From Magallana gigas (taxonomy: Eukaryota): a stretch of DNA of 64,000 nt. How positions within the stretch are numbered: position 1 is the first letter of the stretch; each line of letters opens with the position of its first letter. The notes under the pieces are model-generated. The model was not told where the DNA came from. It did no database searches and was given only the letters and a program-made list of their open reading frames with translations. The position numbers and the translations under genes are program-made. Shown piece by piece: positions 12,201-24,397 of the stretch. The stretch lies in the NCBI RefSeq assembly GCF_963853765.1, contig NC_088855.1:1426001-1490000 (forward strand), written 5' to 3'.

Positions 12201-13770
12201 GACGATCGATGTCACATTTTTTACAATTTTCCCCAACAAATATTTCAATGCTAACTTTATAATTGCCATACAAAAGTAATCGCGGTCCAATCCATCAGTT
12301 TTAATAATTCTACAAAATATGACTTCTCATTTTCTTTGAAATTATGATATATGGCTATGTACATGTATATGACTACCATTAAAACAGCAGGTGAAAGAGC
12401 GTGTGACTCATTTTTTCAGACTCTATTAAAAAGTTTCTTTTGTGATATGGATTCATGTTCATTCAACGCCTCATAAACTCCTAAAGACACCGCAGAAGAC
12501 TTTTAGATATACCCTGAATAAACAATATCATTCTTCAGAGAAAATTGCAACTTATTTACAGCCAAGGCCTCAATGTTTAATGTGACGAAATATTTCAATA
12601 ATACCCCTTTGATAAATGTCTCTATATCGATACTTTAAACATTAATTCATCTTGAAAGCTTGTAAATATATAATGAAAACAGCTGAGTATTAATTCATTT
12701 CAACACTTTCTTTGTCAGAGAAAATCTTTTTAAAATTGAAGATAGGGATTGTACCCAATGTAAGTACGTTAAGTCGAAATATATTGAGTCTTTTTCAACA
12801 GACTCAAAATGTGTATTGAACAGTCTATTCTGTTCCTAAGAAGGCCACTAGCTTAGTAATCATGTTGACAAACTGTGACAGGCGAGTTTAAAACTCGATA
12901 CTTCCTACTCCAGGTCTCTCCGCACATATCAGGAGAAATCTTTAAACACAATGAATCCACAACAAGAAACTCAACACTCTCTCTGTCTCTGCCCCTTCAA
13001 TGAACTTTTAGACTACTAAGACTCAATGGACTTCCCTTCCACTATGTTTACATGCCTAAGGTTTAACACAAAAGAAAATCAAACTGAAGAGGTATTATAT
13101 TGTTAATAGATAATTAGAAATTCAAAATAAAAGGGTATACTGTTCTAACATGACGGGACGGAATAACTTGCACCAACATAAATCAAATGTCTTTGCGGGT
13201 CCTATAGAGAGAATTACATGTCATGCATACTGTGCCAAAAAAAATCTTACTTTATAAGTTTTTAACTGTTTAACTCTCTTCTATTAAAAAACATGTAATC
13301 AGAGGACTGCAGGAAGAAAAATTGTTTTGCAAATGAAATAGATCTAGAAACCAGGATCACTTTCCACATCAAAAAACTTAACAACATTCAAGTACACCGA
13401 TCACAGACTATCGGGTACTATACAGTTGTTCATAACGAACCACAACGTTAAACCATGACCAATCATTACATTCAGCCATTAATATCCAAAAGTTTCAGCA
13501 AAACAAAACATACAAAATCATGTAAGGCAAAAGATCATCTTGTGACAGCAATCAAAAGACACAAGTAACCGCAACTACTTTAGATTTAGAGAGAGAGTGC
13601 TATCCATACCATCACAAATGGATGTACTGTAGTTTGATCAACAGAGAGAATACTTACTTTGGGAAGGGGAACACGATTTTCGAGAACTGGGGGGCCTGGG
13701 TGGGGGCCTCGTAGGACGAGTCCTCCAGTCCCACCTCCACCAGGCGGACCGTGTCTGTATCCTCACTCAT
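63..13770 (-). CDS. PHLPP: PH domain leucine-rich repeat protein phosphatase (PHLPP), 3'-partial; join(complement) 13658-13770, 10926-11584, 6763-6897, 5763-5944, 5323-5498, 4524-4670, 3625-4076, 3164-3224, 2956-3051, 2477-2635, 1735-1929, 1297-1459, 918-1048, 475-609, 63-257
   Basis: All 15 exons have GT..AG boundaries with matching phases and give one open frame. Domain order is RA-like (HIQLNGDIIRRLE...LVKFYAG), PH (RKGKLLHQWVRRLCVV), many LRRs, then PP2C start (RNKLGVS...GVFDGGRN), as in PHLPP. The gene continues beyond position 1. Confidence 0.95.
475..609 (-). CDS. PHLPP: PHLPP exon 14 (LRR-PP2C junction)
   Basis: tttttcag|C ... WQTGLSLTSGMRN AA|gtagg. Confidence 0.9.
918..1048 (-). 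CDS. PHLPP: PHLPP exon 13 (last LRRs)
   Basis: VLEVGSNRL..VKLLDISGN; ccacag|GTG ... AG|gtaat. Confidence 0.9.
1297..1459 (-). CDS. PHLPP: PHLPP exon 12 (LRR)
   Basis: LQEINLSGNDLRTLP; tttttcag|A ... AAG|gtggg. Confidence 0.93.
1735..1929 (-). CDS. PHLPP: PHLPP exon 11 (LRR)
   Basis: Inside ORF 1731-1940; ttgcag|G ... AG|gtaaag. Confidence 0.93.
2477..2635 (-). CDS. PHLPP: PHLPP exon 10 (LRR)
   Basis: LKVLNLSHNKISEVP..LEDLHLEHNCLTLLP; AA|gtaagt. Confidence 0.92.
2956..3051 (-). CDS. PHLPP: PHLPP exon 9 (LRR)
   Basis: NKLPCLPSW...KLDASHNVITDLP; AG|gtgag. Confidence 0.9.
3164..3224 (-). CDS. PHLPP: PHLPP exon 8 (LRR)
   Basis: tttacag|TG ... WLVNLDIS AG|gtgag; phase 1/2. Confidence 0.88.
3587..3648. 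repeat. 31-bp tandem duplication spanning the exon 7 splice donor
   Basis: gtcttac(t/c)gttatcggtggcgtacaggtttt x2, one mismatch. Confidence 0.95.
3625..4076 (-). CDS. PHLPP: PHLPP exon 7 (LRRs)
   Basis: Inside ORF 3596-4165; tttgcag|C ... AAC G|gtaag. Confidence 0.93.
4396..4545. repeat. 36-bp minisatellite (3-4 copies) abutting the exon 6 donor
   Basis: tgagtctat at 4396, 4432, 4468, 4504. Confidence 0.9.
4524..4670 (-). CDS. PHLPP: PHLPP exon 6 (LRR)
   Basis: LCSLNLADNNLSNFP..LTELNIASNKIREIP; ctgtag| and AG|gtaag. Confidence 0.93.
5148..5298. repeat. 23-bp minisatellite, about 6.5 copies
   Basis: (tagtgtgtataggtattataata)n. Confidence 0.95.
5323..5498 (-). CDS. PHLPP: PHLPP exon 5 (first LRRs)
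   Basis: ctatag|GCT ... CCA AA|gtaac; ADLSNCHLEFLP, LKCLNLRHN. Confidence 0.92.
5763..5944 (-). CDS. PHLPP: PHLPP exon 4 (PH domain, C-part: ...SFDSDTDYSKWLRKTKK)
   Basis: ttctgcag|AC ... AAG|gtcag; phase 1/0; contains the PH C-terminal helix Trp. Confidence 0.92.
6763..6897 (-). CDS. PHLPP: PHLPP exon 3 (PH domain, N-part)
   Basis: attccag|GC AAG CCG ATG... AGA G|gtcag; phase 1/1. Confidence 0.92.
8485..8700. repeat. Degenerate ~60-70-bp tandem repeat, about 3 copies
   Basis: acaacattacacagta.atgtactg..tgt...ta.ttgt....gtacat.aggtc.ctgtgt recurs. Confidence 0.75.
8843..9000. repeat. Degenerate ~40-bp tandem repeat
   Basis: ctagg(c/t)taagg(g/a)tatccctcaa recurs 4-5 times. Confidence 0.75.
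10272..10470. repeat. ~58-bp tandem repeat, 3-4 copies
   Basis: atggaggaccactat.tactgt.gtctgttaaagaagtctttactcata recurs. Confidence 0.85.
10926..11584 (-). CDS. PHLPP: PHLPP exon 2 (Ser-rich N-terminus + Ras-association-like domain)
   Basis: Inside ORF 10879-11649; acceptor ttggatttcag|A, donor GCAG|gtaag. Confidence 0.9.
13658..13770 (-). CDS. PHLPP: PHLPP coding exon 1A (MSEDTDTVRLVEVGLEDSSYEAPTQAPQFSKIVFPFPK)
   Basis: ATG preceded by in-frame stops; donor AA|gtaagta, phase 2, matching the acceptor at 11584. Confidence 0.75.
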
Positions 13771-16700
13771 GTCTCTCCCAGAGAACGCTCACTTACTGAC
13801 CGGAAAATGTCACCAACACTCCTCCATGAAAAATTCACTTACTAACCTTAACTTTCATTCACCAAATTGTCGCTACTACTCTCAGACTACAGTCATAAAC
13901 TCAGTGTCTGTATTCACCGAATAGTAGATACTATCCCAACAGTAGTCACTGAATCACTGTCTTCATTCAGGGGACCTTCATCTCGCTGACTGTGGCTCTA
14001 TTTATGACGTGGTCAGGCAGCCAGTGTCCGACAGTGTATGGCTGTTTTTACAGTAATCCTAATCCGCTGATCAGCAGGTACAATGGGATCAGGGCGTCAC
14101 CAATACATAACGTAGGTGTCCTAAAGTCTTATCAAAAGTCTGACACTGTATCTAAAGACCTGACCAAAATATACACAACCTCTCACAAAGCCGGCCTACC
14201 TACAGGCCAATCAACCCGAGGATAATCAGTCACGAATTATCTCCTTACACCAACACTAAAAGTTTTGTTTATCCTGGCTGACTGCCGGCGACTGGGGAGT
14301 GAGATTCTGTCCCCAGACTATAGCAAGGGCTGGTCAGATTCTGAGAGATTCTTGCCCCAGACTTTGGCCACCAATAAATGAGATTCTGGCCCCAGACTTC
14401 AGCAGTGGAATAGGTGTACACTAGTACACTTCAGTCATCAGGGACGGCGATTCATTGTGTGGATGGAGCAGCCAACTGTCAGGTACAGAGGGCTCTACAG
14501 AGACTCCCACCGACTACAATCACCCAGCAAATCCCACTCAATGAGTCCACGGTATTTAGGGAATAAAAAAACACACGTTCACTCCAAATCACAGAAATAT
14601 TCAAATGTTCCAGCCGACTTCACAGAGAGTGCTTAGAAGTAGAATATGACATCTTTGTGAATCTGTTTAGTTTGACTTCACTTCAGTAAGCAATGGCCAA
14701 TCCCACAGGTAAACCACATAACAGTATATTTAGTATCTCTATCCATAGGACCCGACAGGTGTTCAACATTTAGACATGTAGACAAAATCCTCAACATGCA
14801 GCTAACGAGAGGTTTATTCATCCCTCTCTCTCCATATCACTGTCAATAGGAACCAGTGATGCATGCTTATTGATTGCATTATCCCCCGATATAAAGGAAT
14901 TGTCAACACGGTCCTTTCTAATTTGTTCGCAGATCCATTCACTTTATGTAACTTGGCTCCACAAGGAATAGTCCGGGCATTTAAAGCCAATTAGCGTCTA
15001 GTTTCTCACACTAAAAAAAGGTTATAACCAGGAACCCATTTTAATGCAGACCGAAGAATCTATATAGCCAGCCTTTACTTTTTTTCACATGCACAATAAC
15101 AATTTTGTTGTGCATACAAAACAGATCAATGCCAGGCAAGAAACCACAGGAGCTATACAAGAACATTCAATTGTGACTATACTTCATCTCTGGTCTAGAA
15201 AAGTTGTCAACATGCCGATAAATCTCATTGCCAGGAGCCACACTTAGACCAATCTCCTATTGTCAACTACCAGAGAATAGCTGGCCATTCAGTGCAATTA
15301 GAGACCCATTATGGCTGATAATTTTGTCACCCTCTATTAGTCTTGGGTCCAGGGGAAAGAAAAGGGTGGAAGGGGACAAATTAAAAAAAAAAAACCTGGG
15401 AAATGTTCATGTTTTTAACCTTATATATAAATACCTTATAAATACATGGTCTACCACTTAATACTGTAATATTTACCAAACGGGCTAAACAACATTTTAT
15501 GTTATTTTCTAATATATATTAATATATATACGTAATTATTTCATAGTACATTCTAATTCTTTATTTTGTTTCAATAGACTAATTTCCTCTCTTTTCTAAC
15601 AACGTTTGTTTTATATATTTCACATATACACACTAACAGTACTGTATATACAGGGAGATGGGAGGACCATCAATGAAAGGACTGGTTGACCATAATCAAC
15701 CTTTCCAAAGTCAACAAAACTAAATACTGCTGAATTCAAATGAACATTAGCTGTAACAAATATCTGGCATAGAGTTTTGTCACATTAGGTACTATAGGTT
15801 TTCACCCGAATATCTCTCTTGTAAAACTAAACCATACTAATTTTCATTAGCTGTAACAAATATCCAAAGAGTTCAGTTTAGAAACCTTTAGTTCATACTT
15901 TACAGGTTTTCACCCAATGTACTTCTCTTGAAAAATTAAACCAGATATTAATTTGCATCATCTACAACGCAAAGTGCTTATATACCAGGTAATTTCATTT
16001 TGATATAATATTGTGACATACATAATGAATGTACATAAACCACATCAAAGATCATGGCAGGGAGCATATCAATCTGACTCAGACTCTGACTACTTATTCA
16101 TCTTTTTACCAGGTTTACATTGGAATAGAGAGGGCCACAAAGAGTATAATATTCTATGACAGTCGGTGATATGTATAACATTCCAGGCTGTATTCAGTGA
16201 AGGTATGTGATCTACATACATCCATTTTATATTCCCCCACCCCTAGTTCATCAGGATGAATACCATGACACAAGATAGGCCTGCATTATAACACAGAATT
16301 ACTTTCCCAGTATGCACAGCTGTTACCATAAAACTACTCAAAAACTTCTGAACCTACAAAATGTCTGCACTTATCTAAATGATATTCTTGAACTAAATTA
16401 AATTAATTATTACACAAACATGCTGCAAAATATGTAATAACAAATTCAAAGATGATAGTTTGCAAAGATAAAATTTACCTGTAATTCCCAATCAAAAAAA
16501 AGTTGCTGGTTACTTTATGATTTTGCCTTTCTCCCACCTGAAGTACTTAATATTATATTTTGTCTTGATTGGGGTGGTCAGGAATTTATAAATACTCTGC
16601 CCCCTCTCAGTCGACCCAGAAACATTGGATGATTGTATAAGGTACATGACAGCCTTTATATTCCTACATGTATTGAGTCCAGATTTAAACAAAACCAAGT

Positions 16701-17630
16701 TTGATTTGACAGTTCATAACCTGGAGATACATCTCTCCATAACGTTAAAAAAATCACTTATCCAAACTGGTTGGCTTAAGTAATGGGATCATGCAAGCTT
16801 GAGACCGGACTGAAGTGCTATGATTATAATTGAGCGGAATTGATCCAGTTATAAATATGGGTGACAGTTATGTATCATAAGGCCCCTTGGCTTTAAATAT
16901 TAACACAATGCGTAGAATCCTTGGGAAAAACTGCTTTAGATAGACTAAGTTGACTATTAAGTTTCAAGGCAAGATCAGATCTGGAGATTTCTCACCTTAC
17001 CAGAATTTACGGGGAGATTACAACAAGTGGGGTGTAATGACCTTTAAAACATCAAGAAATTAAAGCTTACATTTAGGAAATATTAAATCCCCGGAGTCTT
17101 ATTCGGATATTTAAAGTGCCTTACTGTGTGCAATACACTGCTTTGTTTCAGAGACACACAAAATTAGAAACACAGAAGACTGTGTTCTAGTTATTTCATT
17201 AAATCTCTCACTGAGACTTCCTTATAATATAATGCATATGGGTTGTCTATATTCTATGCAATTTAAATGATCTCAAAAATCAGATAAAATTACTTTTCTC
17301 CAAGTCAAACTGTGCAATTAATTGCTTATCAAAAAATAAACAAAAATATTGTACAAATATTGTACAAATGCAGTACAATGAGAGACTTTTTTTTTTCTTT
17401 TAATAAAAAAAATCCATCCCAAAATTGATCTGATCTTGAAATTAAAATAAAAATACAAATTTCAACTTGGTATCAATTTTCTTGATTTATAAACACTGTG
17501 CAGACTATATTCTTTTTATGCTTATAATGTAGAACCCATAGTTTATCACCTACAAATCATAAAATTATATTCCTATCTATCGTTATCCTTTGGACGATAT
17601 ATAGAATTCATATATTATTCAAAGAGGACA

Positions 17631-17762
17631 GTTCTAACACCTCCCCACCAGGCATTATTATATTGATTAATGACAGTTCTAACACCTCCCCAGCAGGCAT
17701 TATTATATTGATTAATGACAGTTCTAACACCTCCCCAGCAGGCATTATTATATTGATTAATA
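17631..17762. repeat. 45-bp tandem repeat, 3 copies
   Basis: gacagttctaacacctcccca(c/g)caggcattattatattgattaat. Confidence 0.9.
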
Positions 17763-18049
17763 TTCTGTACGATACTTATCACTTGCCATTATCAGGTCCA
17801 GCACAATATCTTGATTCATATATGCTGTACGTATTGTATTGTATTGTTTACTTGCTAAAATTCATATGATTTATAAGCAGTTGTAACATACCCGGTATGT
17901 ACATAATTATAAACATATCCATACACTCTATCTCAATAAAGCAAAAGCACACTTTATTACTAGTAATAAGGTTATACAATATTGTACAAAAAATATTATT
18001 CATAACTGCACATTCATAGGAGGAGAGACCCTATAAATCAATAAATCAA

Positions 18050-18530
18050 AGTTATGTTAATAATAATAGTTATGGTAATACATTAATTGGATATGCGAAG
18101 TTTGACATTCCCGTTTTTTACCATGAGCCTCACGCAGATACATTGCGACATGGCACATGTTTGCGATTATGAATGGCATATATGAATGGCAAGGAGTTGA
18201 ACTAACTTTAACATTGAAGGACGAGTCCAGTAATATTTTTTTAAATACAATACACGTAGACATTTATAAAAAGGACAGATAAGTATAAAATGGAATTCAT
18301 CCTCGACTAAATTACCATATTTGCAGATACGCATCGATCTGACAGTTCCATTATTATGGCCTTGCTCTATCAAAAGCATATGCAATGACAGTCTAAATTT
18401 TGTTAAAAGTACAAGGTTTTCCGGAATATTTTTATGCAAATAAAATTGTAAGAAAAAGTGTCCGGCAGATACCTGTACAATTAACATTTAGAGGATGACT
18501 AGAATGCGTCTCTTTCCTGTATAAAAACAT
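18050..18530 (-). mobile_element. 5'-truncated non-LTR retrotransposon (RTE-X/CR1-like ORF2 C-terminus), frameshifted
   Basis: FRLSLHMLLIEQG...RICK...VEDEFHFILICPFY..LR..YLKKYYW.RPS..KLVQLL is the typical C-terminal motif of these elements; a 13-bp duplication at 18168-18191 shifts the frame. Confidence 0.8.
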
Positions 18531-21500
18531 CAGACAACCTCTGCTTTACGATTTTTAAGAAAACATTAGTGTTAGCCACATAAGCTATATATATACTTAT
18601 CCTCACCTCAATGTATAAAGGTGTTGTACTTTATTGCAGTTTCATAATTACCCCATAAATGAAAAGTTGCAATTTTGAACACTTTGATTTTTTGTGCAAA
18701 ACTGCATAGAAATTAGCAGTCTTAATTAAGCTTTTCTGATAAGCTTGAATAAGCTGTATAGCTGATTTAAGTTATTAAAAATATAATCAGATTCACGTTA
18801 TGTCAGCCTGCTTGGTAAATGGAATACATACTATCTACTACATATACTTGTACTCCACAAATAGTTTGTATCGAGTCCAACATTATTTCAAATTCTTACA
18901 TTAATTCTAGATACACCCTAAAGAACTGCATCATTATTACATAATAAAAAATCTAAGAAACAAATAACTAGTAAGTACTTTTCATCTTGGTTACGACGAA
19001 GTTATCCATCGCGATCAAACGGTACATCAACATAAGGAGTGTCCCGCGGGGACCAGTACGTCTGTGCCGCTGGGACCAGTACGTCTCCTTGGATATTCAG
19101 ATTCTATCCAAGAGAGTGCTGTTTTCTGAACTGATCCAAGTCACCAAATTTTTTTTCAATAAAACTCTCACATCCAATAAAAATCTATGTACATTATCTG
19201 TAAAAAGACTGTACAAAGCCTAGCTGTCATCAAAAACAAAGTCTGTACCAAAAGATTTGTAGAAAGCCCCATTTAAAAAATGTCTCCATGAGACATTGAG
19301 ATGCTCTGATAAACTCCACCCATTTAATTAAACAGTGTGTTCCTAGTGATAAAAGTGACCATTATTGAGTGTATGTCTTCTGAGTGGAAAGGTTCCATTA
19401 GATAAATTTGCACATCAAAGTTGTCAAATAGTGAAAGAAGAATGGCAACCCTCACTAGGATTATTAGACATTTCTTTTATGTTCAGTTTTTTTCTTGTAA
19501 ACTTTGTGAAAAACCGTGTACCTGTACTTCACTATGCCTTTTAAGGGCTTTACAAAGGATTAATTAATTAAATAAACAACAAACAAAAATCCTCGTAACT
19601 AACTGATTTTTTTTTTCAAATTTTAGAAAAGTGGCCAGGATGCTTAGATGCAATGTATTTATTCAAAATTCACAAAAATTTGAAGTATTTAATGTAAATC
19701 TTCAATAAATTTTTTTTCAGTAAGTTTTTTAATTATGTTCTATTAATTGCCTCCAGCAGAAATGCATCAGGGTTTTTTTCCAACCACTTAAACATCAGCT
19801 ATTCCAAAGTCACTATAATTCTGTATTCTCACAAATCAGGACTTTAAAAATGCTGTACATAAAATATATAATAAGTATATCAGAGTTATGTAGAGTACAA
19901 TATATACAAATCATCTTAACTTACCTCCCTTTGATCACTAGAAATCCTGATTATTGATAGTTATTTAATCACATAGTTATTGCCTTTAGCGTGGATCTTT
20001 GTCATAATTAACCGCCTTATGCCGATCTAAGACAATAAGTGAAAACCAGATAAATGCTCGCTTACCTATAACAATAAATGGAGTAATACTAAATTACTCA
20101 TGTAATCCAAAGATCAACTTTTTCTGACATAATCTCTCGATTCTAATCTGTACACAAAAGACAGTTTTCATTGACTAAGGCATTTTCTTTTTATGTCGAA
20201 AAGTCAGCCCCCTGATTTAGCTGGCTCATGGATTACGGATTTTATCCGCTAACCGTTGGTGTGTCAACAAGTGGTTGTTGAAACTGCTCATTTATATGTT
20301 TGCCCTGTGTCAGTGTTAAACCTCGGCCAAACATCGGCAGCCTTCTTCTAAGGAAAATGAAAATTGATTGTTCTTTTATCAAAATATTTGAATCGCTTGA
20401 AATTGCCCAGGTATTTTAATAGCTCTGAGATATTTCAATATTGAGTAGGCTTAAGATTGGATGTTTCTACAATTTATACACTGGATCCAAGATCACTTGG
20501 TACAAATTCTAACTTAATACCAAGTTCCTGTGATATTAAGCAAATGTACACAACTTATTTTATTAATAAGTCTCAATTTCAGCATGAAAAATTCAATATT
20601 GTGTCACCTCAACACTCAATATTAGTTTCTACATTGTCAAAATTATTTCAATTTTAAAGTATGTAACCTTAATGTGAAATTTTACTCTCTTTCCAAATAA
20701 AAATTATGGATTTTTTTTTATCAGCTCAAAATTGACATTTAATTTCCCTTAGATTCTGCATGATTAGAAAGGATCAATGAAAGTACAATTCCAATAGACG
20801 CCGCCTTTTTGCTGTGGAAAACCTATTTTAACTTATGGGTATAAACTCATATTTGTTCTTCAACCTACAGGGTATTAATATATAATATTAATATCACTGT
20901 AAATAAAAAAAAAATTGGAACTTTGTTCTATTTTTTCCAAGATGTGTATCAATAAATTCTAAATTAATCTGTATTACTTGTACCCATGTTTACATGGACA
21001 CAAATAGCTCATTACAATACCACAATAGGTTTAGGCTCTAGAAGCACAAGAAAAGGTTTTTTTCTTAAAGAAACTTCCAAAATATATAAACTAAGCAGAC
21101 TTATTAGAACCTTTAATAAAATGCCACTCCGTTCAAAGGGAGACTACTAGCAAACAAGATTTTTACCTGCAATGATGAAGCACACCTGAACAAAATCCAT
21201 CTATATTGGTTGAGTATCAGTCGTAAATGAGAAAAATAGCAAAATGTAATCAACGAGCAGTCAAAATTCACGCTCCAGTTCTGTTCCTATTTCCTACACA
21301 CAATAAGCAGCAGTGGACATCGGGGTGGACTGTATTATACACCTGTATTATACACCTGTGTTACACAGGTAGAGCCGGCCTGTAATTAGAAGAGTGATGA
21401 AGCTTGGAACCTGACCAGTGTTACACCGTTACAGGTAACCCTGTTTACACTGTCCTATTGGCTACTGTTGATCTTACCGGCTCTCATCACACAACTTGAA

Positions 21501-22679
21501 TCAAGGGCCACTCTTTGAAACAGTTGCCACAAAGACATTGTCGTTTCAAGGTGTTGTTGGCAAACAAATTAATCATCAGTGGCCCTCCAGAGCTCTCAAT
21601 TTGTACTTATCATTTCAACACAAGAATTCATCAATATATTCTCTACTCAAAATAAAGGACATTTCAAACTTCATTTTATCTTTAACCTTCAAACATTTCT
21701 TTAAGTTGAGTTGTGCAAAGACTGGCATTTATAATACATCTGTCAAATCCTGAAGATAACATTCCAATCAAATTCCACATGACTTCATGTCTAAACAATG
21801 TGCAAGTGTAAATATTGAATTTAAAACTCTCCAATTTGTTGCCCCAAACCATTTTCTAGCTGTCCACGTTGGAACATTGCTGTATTTTTTTTGTCATTAT
21901 ATTATTCACCCCACTTTAATTTAAAAAGTCTGAGGTAATATTTTAGAAGATTATTGATAGTGTAAATATATACAATAAATTTGCAATTTAATTTCTCAGA
22001 GGGCTAAAATGACATGCAATATTGTTATCAGTCAATATGACACACTGCAAACTTGACATGAAGTGAAAACACTGATTTATTATTAACCTTTTCCACGTAA
22101 GTCACCCTTTTTTGTGCCTGTCCTAGGTGGCTTTCAATTACAGAAGATCGCTCCTTTACACATGTGTATCCTGGCGCCATGGGTTTCCAATAGTCGTACA
22201 CTAAACGCTACCCCTACTGATTGTCTCTTTAGTTAACTATTTTGTAACTACATCATTTCCAACCTCAGACATAGCATCCAAAATCGCCGATACAAAATCA
22301 AAGTTAGTCTTCATCATATGCAATTTCTATTTAAAAATAAACTGGATGCCGCATTTGACCAATGAAAATGGGCGTCATGTGTTTCCAATAGTATTAATAA
22401 TCAACATTTTTTTTTTAATAATACTTACCATAAATGTGACATTACCTTTTGAATATATTCTATAATATTTTCAACTGTTTTCTAAGCCTTTTATTTCAAT
22501 TAACTTTAATTTTCTAAATTAATTTTCCCCATAACTTCATTTTATCACTTATGATGATTACAATACCATCTTTTGTTTGAATGATTATTGACAATGTTTC
22601 ATTTCAGAAGAAGCTCCTAGGATTGCAAAATACGATAACCCTGTGTGCCTAATAAATCATGGTTTTGCCCAAACTCCTG

Positions 22680-22900
22680 GGCTGCGTTTTACAAAAGAAC
22701 TTACGACTTAAGACCAAATTAATGAATGTTAATTAATCACAAACTAATCATTATTTTATTGTAATAGTTGTAAAATATAATTATGGAAATCAAAATGGAT
22801 GTAAATGAATGGTTTGATATAAATTCTGTTCATCAAAGACCGCTCCATTAGACTGAAAATATTTACGACTCTGTCGTAAGTTTTTTTGTAAAACGCAGCC
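22680..22900. mobile_element. 221-bp MITE, CTG target duplication (Harbinger-like)
   Basis: TIR ggctgcgttttacaaaa.aacttacgac / gtcgtaagtttttttgtaaaacgcagcc, with ctg on both flanks. Confidence 0.8.
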
Positions 22901-23889
22901 CTGGTCGTCTGTTTGTTTCTACCGCTACGGCATCCAGATAGAAAAAGAAATTAATAGAAAAACTATACTAAGTCATATGATAATTCAAGCATGTAAATAC
23001 GTCATCAGAGGTCTATTTGGCCGGACGATTAGTAATTTTAGATACTGTGATATTACAATTTGGATTTTGGGCAATTTAAGGGACTTTAATTAAAGTAGTA
23101 CATGTAGTAAGAATTAGTTTTTTATGAGTCCCTTTAGAAATTGTGTGATTTTAACCATTTCACGCAGCATAACCTTGGTAGTACATATGTATAAAGACGA
23201 AAGGAGATTTTGTATGTTCGGTTTCACATGTAATTGAAAAAGTGATGTCATTTTGGTATAAATTCACGCGGCAGAAATCAACTATCGGAAACACATGACG
23301 GCACAATACTGATTCCACAATTCGGCCATTTAGTATCAATTTGCGAAAATACATAAATGCAAATGTCAAGTATTTAATACGCCTTCATACAATTTACAGC
23401 TGTCAGAAAATTATCAGCAAGATATTAAAATATGCCAGATTAGAAGTAGATATTATTTCTTATATTTCATTAGGAAAAACTTTGAAAAACTGCATTTATG
23501 TTAAACATATCAAACGTTTATTTAACTCATTTTCAACATACTGCTAGGGGATGTTGCCACCCCCCCCCCCCCCCTTCCCTGATAGAATATCAAGATAAAA
23601 CAAAGTACTTATCTCTTGTGCTCACTCAAATGAGTAATATACATGCAAAAAGTATTCCTTAACTCACTGTACAGTCCCTATTAAAGGGACTAGTTATTAA
23701 ACAATCTAATAATCTTTCCTCCTCTAAAAATTCAAAGGACAATCCTATAAGATCATGCTGTGGCTATAGTCATTTACATGTATGTGCATGTAATTTCTTT
23801 GGCTTTATGCATATATGCATTTATTTTTAAACATCAATGTAATAGCATATTAGTGTGATTATGTGATTATGCCTGTGAACTAAAGTTAT

Positions 23890-24079
23890 NNNNNNNNNNN
23901 NNNNNNNNNNNNNNNNNNNNNNNNNNNNNNNNNNNNNNNNNNNNNNNNNNNNNNNNNNNNNNNNNNNNNNNNNNNNNNNNNNNNNNNNNNNNNNNNNNNN
24001 NNNNNNNNNNNNNNNNNNNNNNNNNNNNNNNNNNNNNNNNNNNNNNNNNNNNNNNNNNNNNNNNNNNNNNNNNNNNNNN
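23890..24079. other. Assembly gap (190 N)
   Basis: Run of N. Confidence 1.
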
Positions 24080-24360
24080 AGAGAGAAAGAAAACAGAGAG
24101 AGAGAGAACTAAGCATAGAATTGAAAGTAGAAGGGGAGAGCAGAGAAAGGGTAAGAGAGAGAAAGAGAAAGAAAGAAAGAAAGAAAAAGAGATGGATGAG
24201 AGAGAATGAGACATAGATGAGAGACAGCAAAAAAAAAGAAAAAGAAAGAGATAGGATAGAGAAAAGTGGAAAAAGGAGACATAGATGATATAGAAAGAGA
24301 GAGAGAGAGAAGTGGAGGAGAGTGAGACAAATAGAAATGAGAGAGATAAAGAAAGAGAGT
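24080..24360. repeat. GA-rich low-complexity tract
   Basis: Purine-rich (GA/GAAA)n directly after the gap. Confidence 0.9.
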
Positions 24361-24397
24361 GGTCTATTACTGCTGCTGATTTATTATCAGAGCAAAG

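Noticed and set aside
14301-14398. Mini-CRISPR (repeat-spacer look)
   Set aside because: Only three 19-bp copies, unequal short spacers, no leader or cas genes.
23867-24330. Phe/Leu/Ser-rich ORFs
   Set aside because: Artefacts of the GA tract and the N gap.
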